Virus record (IMG/VR): IMGVR_UViG_3300043429_000249
Coordinates: 4,024-68,023 of that record
Origin: a virus
Length of the DNA: 64,000 bases
Direction: 5' to 3' (one strand)
Within the stretch, counting starts at the first letter, position 1. Every line of letters starts with the position of its first letter. A model generated the notes under the pieces. That model saw only the letters and a program-made list of their open reading frames with translations. It did not search any database and was not told the DNA's origin. Position numbers and translations under genes: made by a program. Below, piece by piece: positions 57,691 to 64,000 of this stretch.

Positions 57691-59234
57691 CAGTAGTATC
57701 CTTGGTTTCTGTGGCTCTTGAAATACTGGATTTCGTCTTCTGCGTCTAGCGCAGTAGTCACATAGCCCCCTTTACGGAACCGCATGAGCGCTAGGGATAC
57801 GCTATCCACGTAATCGTCATGTTCGCCACCGGGGAACGACGCCACTTCGTCAATGACTTCTTCGGCCCACTGAGTAGCAGGTGCCCATACCCGTCCAGAC
57901 GCAAATAAGTCGCTGACAGCATTTAACCGAGAGATTTTGTCGTTGCCCCTCGACGGGGTAAACTCCTGCACCGGAATCCCCATTGCCCTCATCTCGTATA
58001 TCAAAGGCGCACCGGAAGCCTTCTTTTCGATGATTATGCTGTCCGGCTCCCACTCTTTATACTCCTCGATTGCCGTTTTCTTTAGCGTCGGGAACTCCAT
58101 ACGGTCCCGGAACGCGTTCAGGAGTATGATATTGGCTTGGTCGATGCCGTTAGCGTCGGGCTGATAAAACACACCCCACGTCGTGCAGGCGCTGTAGTCA
58201 GCGCGCTGGGTCTTTTCGAACGCCGTATCCCAGCTCTGGAGGATAAAATCACAGTATGGCGGGTCGTCTTTCTCCCACTCCTGCCACCATTCACGCTTCA
58301 CGATGGCTGCGGTGTCAGATGTCGGCGCTTGCTGGTACTGGGCCTGCCATTTGGAGTTGGGAAGCTCCTCTTTAAGGGCCGCAAGCTCCTTTAATGACCA
58401 AAATTCAGGCCAGAGGGGGTTCCCGGACGGGAGGATCGCAGGAAACTCGATCACTTCCCACTCGTCGCCGCCACGTTGTGCTGCCGCCTTCAGCACTTGA
58501 CCGGTCAAGTCGCGCTTTGACCACCGTGTCATGACGACAACGATGGCACCGCCCGGCTGGAGACGCTGCCGCGGCCCCGAGGTGTACCATTCGTACGTCT
58601 TATCGTAGATATCAGGGTTAATTTCGGCCAGCGCCGCTTCCTGTTCGGAGTGCGGGTCGTCGATGATAAGCAGGTCGGCACCCTTACCAGTCACCGCACC
58701 CCCGATACCGATAGCGAAATAGTCGCCCTGCTTCGATGTGTTCCATCGACCAGCCGCTTTGGAGTCAGCGGACAGGGAGAGGTCGGGGAAAATCTGGTGG
58801 TACTGGTCCGTATCTACGAGATTTCGCACCTTACGTCCGAACCCGACCGCAAGTTCAGCGGTGTGGGAGCACTGGATGACCTTTTTGTGAGGGAACTTTC
58901 CCAAGAACCAAGCAGGCAGGAAACAACTTGCGAACTCACTCTTGGTATGTCGCGGAGGCATATTAATAATAAGACGCTTAAGCTCGCCACGAGCAACACG
59001 CTCAAACGCATCAGCCATGATCGCATGGTGCCTGCCTCCGATGAACGTCGGCCAGACCTGCTCAACGAACTTCATGAACCGCGTCTGCGCCAACTGCTGC
59101 TTCTTAAGCTCCTCCAGCTTCGCCAGCTCAGCCAACAACAGCTCCTGATCCGCCAGCGACAGGGCAGGCAGGATTGCCGGGATATCCCGGAGCGAGATGT
59201 TATCAAGCAGGGCGGAAGTTGGGGAAGAGGCCAT
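57690..59234 (-). CDS. terL: terminase large subunit
   Basis: MPPRHTKS, IIDDP, MTRW, SWDTA, HDDYVD. Confidence 0.95.
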   Translation of the reverse strand: MASSPTSALLDNISLRDIPAILPALSLADQELLLAELAKLEELKKQQLAQTRFMKFVEQVWPTFIGGRHHAIMADAFERVARGELKRLIINMPPRHTKSEFASCFLPAWFLGKFPHKKVIQCSHTAELAVGFGRKVRNLVDTDQYHQIFPDLSLSADSKAAGRWNTSKQGDYFAIGIGGAVTGKGADLLIIDDPHSEQEAALAEINPDIYDKTYEWYTSGPRQRLQPGGAIVVVMTRWSKRDLTGQVLKAAAQRGGDEWEVIEFPAILPSGNPLWPEFWSLKELAALKEELPNSKWQAQYQQAPTSDTAAIVKREWWQEWEKDDPPYCDFILQSWDTAFEKTQRADYSACTTWGVFYQPDANGIDQANIILLNAFRDRMEFPTLKKTAIEEYKEWEPDSIIIEKKASGAPLIYEMRAMGIPVQEFTPSRGNDKISRLNAVSDLFASGRVWAPATQWAEEVIDEVASFPGGEHDDYVDSVSLALMRFRKGGYVTTALDAEDEIQYFKSHRNQGYY

Positions 59235-59500
59235 TAATAAATGTCAGGTGCCGTTATGCGGGCAGCGATGAGGTTAATAACCCCCATGCGCTCAGCAATG
59301 TTAAACTTCCCAGCTTGGCTGATCTTATAGGCCAAGCCATCCTCCGTCAGGCTCGCACGTATGACGAACACGTGATCTACCGGCTCGTCGTCAGGCTCAG
59401 GGTTGCGTATCTCCCACAACACCGCTTCCAACGCATCCTTGGGGTCAACGTCCGACATCTTCTCGGCGCGCATGAAGCGGCGATGGGCTAGCTCGCTCAT
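59234..59500 (-). CDS. hypothetical protein
   Basis: Coupled ORF. Confidence 0.65.
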   Translation of the reverse strand: MSELAHRRFMRAEKMSDVDPKDALEAVLWEIRNPEPDDEPVDHVFVIRASLTEDGLAYKISQAGKFNIAERMGVINLIAARITAPDIY

Positions 59501-59820
59501 CAGTCAGTCCACCCTTCGATCTGCGTCTCTTCGTCCTGCGTATCTTCCCGCCCTTCAATCTGCATATCTTCCCACCCCTCGACCTCCATGTCGTGCAGCC
59601 AAGCACCGAGGATGATCTCCAGATGCTTGAAGTTTTCCTCTTTGGTGGTACTTTCTTCGCCTTTTTTGTTGATGACCTTCGTCTCATCCGCCATCCACGC
59701 ATCGAACTGCGCACCTTTGGTGATGCGGATGCTGTCCTCGTCGCCCGCAACAATCAGCGCGGGACCCGCGTCGGGCGCATCTGGCCCAAACCCGTGCAAA
59801 AACACCGTATTAATCTTCAT
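59500..59820 (-). CDS. acidic hypothetical protein
   Basis: Start revised to MKINTV with SD GAGGAG. Confidence 0.6.
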   Translation of the reverse strand: MKINTVFLHGFGPDAPDAGPALIVAGDEDSIRITKGAQFDAWMADETKVINKKGEESTTKEENFKHLEIILGAWLHDMEVEGWEDMQIEGREDTQDEETQIEGWTD

Positions 59821-60436
59821 CAGCTTGCTCCTCTTCCAGATTGTTAACAATCTGGTCCTCCTCGTCGTCCAGCGTCGGGCTGGCGATCCCTAACTCTTCA
59901 TCCAGATTGAGCCTTATGGGGGTTACGTCGATGATATCAGCGTTCAGCAGGCGCTTGACACGCTCCTTAATCGCCTCTTCGAGGCTTTCGGGGTCTTTAT
60001 AGTTGATCGTGATCTCGCTGCGCTCGGTAAACAGACCGATATCGCTGTGCTTGCCCAGCAGCTCCAGCGCCTTCAGTTCGTATTTAATCTCGCCGCAGTC
60101 AGCGATTTCCATCAGCTTAGCGGTAATAGCAGCCCGCGCCTGTGCAGCATCAAAGGCCATCTGTTGCCCGTAGGTACGCAGGAATGCTGACGCAGCCACG
60201 GCAGTGGGCAGGTTTTTAAGGGGTTCTTTCTTTTTGTTCTTAGTCACTGCTTCCAGCAGCGCCTTCTCCCGTTCAAGCGTATCCGGGTCTACTTCCAGTG
60301 GGGCACCAAGCTCTAACAGCAGATCGGCAGTGGCACCGGCCACTTCGACTTCTTCAACGAAGGTAGAGGGTTCTTCGTCGGCCAAGCTAAATGGCACGGG
60401 GTGCTCGTCAGTCGGCTCGATCTTAATAATAGGCAT
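59810..60436 (-). CDS. probable terminase small subunit
   Basis: First gene of the late operon; LKALELLGK motif. Confidence 0.6.
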   Translation of the reverse strand: MPIIKIEPTDEHPVPFSLADEEPSTFVEEVEVAGATADLLLELGAPLEVDPDTLEREKALLEAVTKNKKKEPLKNLPTAVAASAFLRTYGQQMAFDAAQARAAITAKLMEIADCGEIKYELKALELLGKHSDIGLFTERSEITINYKDPESLEEAIKERVKRLLNADIIDVTPIRLNLDEELGIASPTLDDEEDQIVNNLEEEQADED

Positions 60437-60729
60437 GTCGGTGCAGCATCCGGTTTGAGGGAAGCAGAAGGGTTGTATAACAACCTACCCCTAGCGGAGT
60501 AAAGATAAAATAAATGGAGGAAGTAAAGAGGGTGGCGCGACTTCCGTACGAAAGTCTAACAGGCAATGCCTCGGCTGGGACCCCCCGGCCCTAACGCCAC
60601 CCCCATCTACGCCGCGAACAGCGTAGTGCCCCCTATAAAAAGGGGTCCCGGTTAGCGACCCCCGAAACCCCTAAGTTTAAGTTCAATGAAAGGAAACAAT
60701 GTCCATGAGTGTCTGCCTAGGACGAAAAA

Positions 60730-60758
60730 ATACTACCCCGGCACGAGAGGGGTGTCAA
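60730..60758 (-). promoter_or_regulatory. sigma70 promoter for the packaging/virion operon
   Basis: TTGACA-17-TAGTAT on the minus strand. Confidence 0.7.
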
Positions 60759-61108
60759 CGGGTCCCCTTAAGGGGGGTATCTGGAAATATGGGGTGCCAG
60801 CCATTCGGTGGCTAAATGTTAGGGGTACCCCCTTAGGTGTAAGCATTGTAAGGCCTAATTTCCTGTCGTGTTAATTTTTTATGTGCCTGTAACCCGCAGG
60901 AAAGCTGGAATGTAAAGAAAGTGCGGGGGTGATTGACTCGGAAGTGAGTCGTGTAACGTGCAGAACAGTATGTATATAGGAGGAGCGGAGTCCCATCTCA
61001 CGCGCGGGGGGTGCGGGGGCGGTGGGTGCGCGCGGGCGCGGGTTTCATATACCCTAGCCCTGTTTTTCGCCCCATCCCCTAGTTTTTGGCTGTTTTCCGT
61101 GGGTTTTG

Positions 61109-61122
61109 CCTAACATGTTAGG
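61109..61122. promoter_or_regulatory. CCTAACATGTTAGG palindrome
   Basis: Perfect; ~30 bp upstream of an early -35 box. Confidence 0.9.
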
Positions 61123-61150
61123 TATTTTGGCCGCTAGCATACGATTTTTC

Positions 61151-61179
61151 TTGCAATACATGATTAACCCTGCCATAAC
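61151..61179 (+). promoter_or_regulatory. early sigma70 promoter overlapped by a CtrA-like box
   Basis: TTGCAA-17-CATAAC; TTAA-N7-ATAAC at 61164-61179. Confidence 0.55.
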
Positions 61180-61232
61180 CAAATCATCGAGAGCGGATGG
61201 CGCTTTCGACTAACCAAGTAGGAGCATACATC

Positions 61233-61811
61233 ATGGCTAACGCCACAAATACGACCGCCGCCTTTGTCATCATGAATGGCGAAAAGATTGACGTTGACGT
61301 AACAAACGTATCGCTTGACTCAATCATCAACGAGATGGTGGAAGTCACCAAGCGAGAGCATGGCGCACATATCCGTATCGCCGCCAAGCTGAATGACCTG
61401 TTGCCTTTCGCTTGGTATGACGTAGCACCGCAAGAGAAGAGCGACAATGCCACCGCCTTTGCGCCTCACTGGAAGGCCGTTTACGATGGCTTCAAAAAAG
61501 CAGGACATAGCAATCCGTCCGTGCCCGGTAAGCGTATCCGTGACTATGGCCGGAATCTCCGGGCTGGCCTCGCCCCTAATGGCAAGACGATGGCTGATGG
61601 CACGGCGCTGGCCGAAGGCGAAGGCACGGATGGCGAAGGCGCGAATCCGGCCAAGCGGTCGCCCATGTTGCGCAACGTCGAAGAGCTGACCGCGCTTTGG
61701 AAGTTCAACGATAAGTTGGCAGGCGAGGCACCTGCCAAAGTGCAGGCGGCACAAAAGCATATCGTCGCCGCGCTGGCCGCTTTGGGGCTTGACGTTAAGA
61801 CGATCAAATAA
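61233..61811 (+). CDS. first early gene, hypothetical protein
   Basis: SD TAGGAG; flanked by a promoter and a terminator; start revised. Confidence 0.8.
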   Translation: MANATNTTAAFVIMNGEKIDVDVTNVSLDSIINEMVEVTKREHGAHIRIAAKLNDLLPFAWYDVAPQEKSDNATAFAPHWKAVYDGFKKAGHSNPSVPGKRIRDYGRNLRAGLAPNGKTMADGTALAEGEGTDGEGANPAKRSPMLRNVEELTALWKFNDKLAGEAPAKVQAAQKHIVAALAALGLDVKTIK

Positions 61812-61814
61812 CCA

Positions 61815-61828
61815 CCTAACATGTTAGG
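61815..61828. promoter_or_regulatory. CCTAACATGTTAGG palindrome
   Basis: Perfect; between a stop codon and a terminator. Confidence 0.9.
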
Positions 61829-61835
61829 CCAAACG

Positions 61836-61867
61836 GGGTCGGATGGGAAACCATCCGGCCCTTTTTT
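61836..61867 (+). terminator. intrinsic terminator
   Basis: GGGTCGGATGG-GAAA-CCATCCGGCCC-TTTTTT. Confidence 0.85.
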
Positions 61868-61987
61868 GTGCGCGGGTTCTATCACCCCAACTATCATTGG
61901 GGTTCTATCACCAAAAGGGGATGAACGAGCGGGGCGTGAACGCGCGAGTAAGAGCGGCGCGACCTGTTACCTGCCCCGCAGGTAACA

Positions 61988-62001
61988 CCTAACATGTTAG
62001 G
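61988..62001. promoter_or_regulatory. CCTAACATGTTAGG palindrome inside a -35/-10 spacer
   Basis: Perfect 14-mer. Confidence 0.9.
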
Positions 62002-62020
62002 AGTCAAGCACCCAAGCAAC

Positions 62021-62048
62021 AAAAAAGGCCGGGCTGTTCGACCCGACC
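62021..62048 (-). terminator. minus-strand intrinsic terminator between the two repeats
   Basis: GGTCGGG-TCGAACAG-CCCGGCC-TTTTTT. Confidence 0.65.
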
Positions 62049-62508
62049 TGATAACTGCCCCGCAGTTATCACTTTAAGCGCCGCCTGTCAAGCACCGCGG
62101 TGTAAAAAATGTTGTAAGCGTTGTAAGGTGTAATGTAAACTCGTTTTTGGCAGTTTTCCGGGCTTTGTAAAATGTTATGAGATTTTTGAAGTATGAACAG
62201 AAATCCTATAGCGACCCTCTACGCAAGTGCAGCACCCTCCCCCAAACCCTCTACGTAGGTATACTTTTTTTTTCTATTAACATTATAACATTATAACAAT
62301 ACAATACAACAACAACGGAAATCCTAGCTTTTTGCCGCCACCATCCTGTAAACCCATTTCCTAACATCCGTCTTACATTACACCCGATTTCCTTACAGTC
62401 ACCGCTGCGACCATGCGGTATTGCATTGTTAGCTTTTATGTTGTAGGTTTAATTTATGGTGGATGAGTGGCATCCACCTGACCCTGTGCCGGATGGCACG
62501 ACGATTAG

Positions 62509-62522
62509 CCTAACATGTTAGG
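62509..62522. promoter_or_regulatory. CCTAACATGTTAGG palindrome
   Basis: Perfect; just upstream of an RBS. Confidence 0.9.
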
Positions 62523-62536
62523 CAGGAGACAGGACG

Positions 62537-62788
62537 ATGATGACACGTCAAGAGTATAAGGCTCAATGCCTTCGCAACTACAACGCTGGCTACCATGACG
62601 CGATCAATGGCCGCAAACCCGACAACGAAAACTTCTACTACCTGATGGGCCACGAAGAAGGCTGGCCCAAGCGTCTCATCCCGACAGTCATCATGACTGC
62701 CCACGGCCCGATCACCGAACGCTGCACCTTGGAACGCGCTGCCTTTCTTGTTGCATCTAATTCACGCACACCCGGCGGGAGGCGCTAA
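62537..62788 (+). CDS. hypothetical early protein
   Basis: SD AGGAG; YNAGYHDAING. Confidence 0.7.
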   Translation: MMTRQEYKAQCLRNYNAGYHDAINGRKPDNENFYYLMGHEEGWPKRLIPTVIMTAHGPITERCTLERAAFLVASNSRTPGGRR

Positions 62789-62791
62789 GTT

Positions 62792-63007
62792 ATGCCTAAC
62801 ATGTTAGGTAGAGGGACGCTGGTATGGGTGACGCCCAAGGTAAACCCCAACCGCTACGTCGATTTGCATGGTGCGCTGTGGGTAGTGTCGGAAGCGAGCG
62901 TAAGCGACCCAAGCTGGTATTGGTGCAGGTCGCTGGCAACCAACATGCTGTTTGACTGGCACAAGAGCGAGATAGAAGAAGTGAAGGACTGCGCGGATGC
63001 GGTTTAA
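62792..63007 (+). CDS. hypothetical early protein; palindrome at 62795-62808 overlaps its first codons
   Basis: SD GGAGG; resembles 13846..14070. Confidence 0.65.
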   Translation: MPNMLGRGTLVWVTPKVNPNRYVDLHGALWVVSEASVSDPSWYWCRSLATNMLFDWHKSEIEEVKDCADAV

Positions 63008-63212
63008 GAAACGGGCAAAGCCCGCAAAGGTATTGTCGATGCTGCGCGACTTGGAAAAGGCAGACCGTGCCTTGTGCGATGCAGTGCTGAACAACGTGCT
63101 GACCGAAGTGGGGGAACGCCAACTGCGCAACCTGCTGCATTGGGTGCGTGAGTGCCAGAAAGACGCGAAGCGTGAACTAAATATGGAGGAAGCCAATGAC
63201 ACCCGACGATAA
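62997..63212 (+). CDS. hypothetical early protein
   Basis: Overlapping-operon arrangement. Confidence 0.6.
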   Translation: MRFKKRAKPAKVLSMLRDLEKADRALCDAVLNNVLTEVGERQLRNLLHWVRECQKDAKRELNMEEANDTRR

Positions 63213-63384
63213 GAAAGACCTGCGCGACCTGCGCAACGACACCATCGACCCGGAGGACAAGAAGCTATTGCGCAAAACCCTGAATTACATTCAGGCCCTC
63301 GAAGCGAAGCTGCATTCCACGCGCACACTGGCAAGAGCGATCCAGAACGAAGCGCAACTAGGTAAGGGAGCGGACGATGAGTGA
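63196..63384 (+). CDS. hypothetical coiled-coil early protein
   Basis: SD GGAGG. Confidence 0.7.
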   Translation: MTPDDKKDLRDLRNDTIDPEDKKLLRKTLNYIQALEAKLHSTRTLARAIQNEAQLGKGADDE

Positions 63385-63388
63385 TACA

Positions 63389-63402
63389 CCTAACATGTTA
63401 GG
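63389..63402. promoter_or_regulatory. CCTAACATGTTAGG palindrome
   Basis: Perfect; intergenic. Confidence 0.9.
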
Positions 63403-63413
63403 GGGTAAAAAAG

Positions 63414-63632
63414 ATGGATAAGACACGGATGGACGCAATATGCTGCGACTGTGGGGAGATATACCCGACGAAGCGCAAGGAACTGGGCTATCGCACCTGC
63501 CTTGCCTGTGGTGACAGCGCGGCGAAGCAAGTGAAGTGGACCGTGACCATACCCTATTCCAAGGGTGCGTATCAGGTAGTCAGCAACAGAGAAGAATTAA
63601 AAGCAACCAACCCGAAGAGGACAGGCGAATGA
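63414..63632 (+). CDS. C4 zinc-finger protein (DksA/TraR-like finger)
   Basis: CCDCGE...RKELGYRTCLACG. Confidence 0.7.
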   Translation: MDKTRMDAICCDCGEIYPTKRKELGYRTCLACGDSAAKQVKWTVTIPYSKGAYQVVSNREELKATNPKRTGE

Positions 63633-63859
63633 GGGAACCGAAGATCATAAGCGTGAAGGCAATACAGGCGGACCATAGCTTCAAGGTGACAATCACGGCG
63701 CACATGGCGCGCAAGCTGCCTGACTGGGTGCAGAGTAAGGTGCAGCTATTCGAGGGGGAGGATCGCCATGCGTGGACAGTCCTGCGGGCCAAGGACGAAC
63801 TGGAAGCGGTGATTAGGTTTAAGCGGCTATGGGCAGCGTTGACCAAGATAGGAGACTAA
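63629..63859 (+). CDS. small protein, DE(L/M) family; paralog of 6618..6899
   Basis: Start revised to the ATGA overlap; stop codon inside the palindrome. Confidence 0.75.
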   Translation: MREPKIISVKAIQADHSFKVTITAHMARKLPDWVQSKVQLFEGEDRHAWTVLRAKDELEAVIRFKRLWAALTKIGD

Positions 63860-63868
63860 CATGTTAGG
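63855..63868. promoter_or_regulatory. palindrome (13/14) supplying both a TAA stop and an ATG start
   Basis: ACTAACATGTTAGG; ATG 63861 opens a 27-aa ORF ending at 63944. Confidence 0.8.
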
Positions 63869-64000
63869 CAAAGTAAGAGAGTGGGCAGACAAGGCACGGC
63901 GCATCATGTGCGATAGCGAAGGGGAATACTCATGGGAACTGTAGTGATCCGCGAAGAAGGAGCAAATCACATGGAGGCAGAAACACCTGTGAGGGCGGTA

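Larger units (their letters stand above)
61960..62096 (-). repeat. two 53-bp direct repeats, each a leftward promoter plus 10-bp inverted repeat
   Basis: 61960-62012 and 62044-62096; TTGACT-17-TACCTG and TTGACA-17-TAACTG, both with an extended TG. Confidence 0.7.

Noticed and set aside
60530-60602. tRNA gene
   Set aside because: Four-way fold but no canonical D loop, anticodon arm or T-loop
61965-62071. N4-type virion RNA polymerase hairpin promoters
   Set aside because: Loops are CCC/GGG rather than the GNA type, and no vRNAP motifs were recognised
6828-63848. 61-bp near-identical pair (6828-6888 and 63788-63848) as a DGR template/variable repeat
   Set aside because: The mismatches are not adenine-specific (they include a G/C difference), both copies lie in paralogous genes, and no reverse transcriptase is seen
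291-63868. Palindrome series as a CRISPR array or integron attC array
   Set aside because: 14 bp is too short, spacing is irregular and gene-sized, no cas operon or integrase is present, and attC architecture is absent; the Cas4-like nuclease is an ordinary phage exonuclease

Overview
This window covers most of a dsDNA tailed phage genome with a P22-like, short-tailed virion module. The genome appears circularly permuted: the early region is split between the two window ends and a short part is missing. The plus strand (61.2-64 kb, then 1-20.7 kb) carries early hypervariable small genes, a VWA/metallopeptidase, VRR-NUC nuclease, family A DNA polymerase, methyltransferase, glycosyltransferase, a GcrA-like HTH protein, PD-(D/E)XK exonuclease, SNF2 helicase, SSB-like protein and primase/DUF927 helicase. 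The minus strand (60.4 to 20.8 kb) carries terminase, portal, GroES, scaffold, capsid, small basic proteins, tail genes, amidase and holin, a 1777-aa repetitive fibre, and ejection proteins including a 2231-aa polyvalent-type protein. No integrase, tRNA or CRISPR array was seen. An alphaproteobacterial host is inferred from the GcrA-like gene and a CtrA-like box. The most notable signals are non-coding: (1) a 14-bp palindrome CCTAACATGTTAGG, seen about 12 times and only in the early region, at stop/start codons, terminators and inside a promoter spacer; (2) two bacterial-chromosome-type parS sites inside the giant ejection-protein gene; (3) a duplicated leftward promoter/hairpin cassette predicted to make small RNAs, one complementary to the ribosome-binding site of a distant gene; (4) a double-pseudoknot RNA downstream of the capsid gene; (5) several paralogous small-protein families and a recurring [MYFL]-A-x-G-G motif in virion proteins. 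All functional calls come from motif recognition by eye, not database searches.
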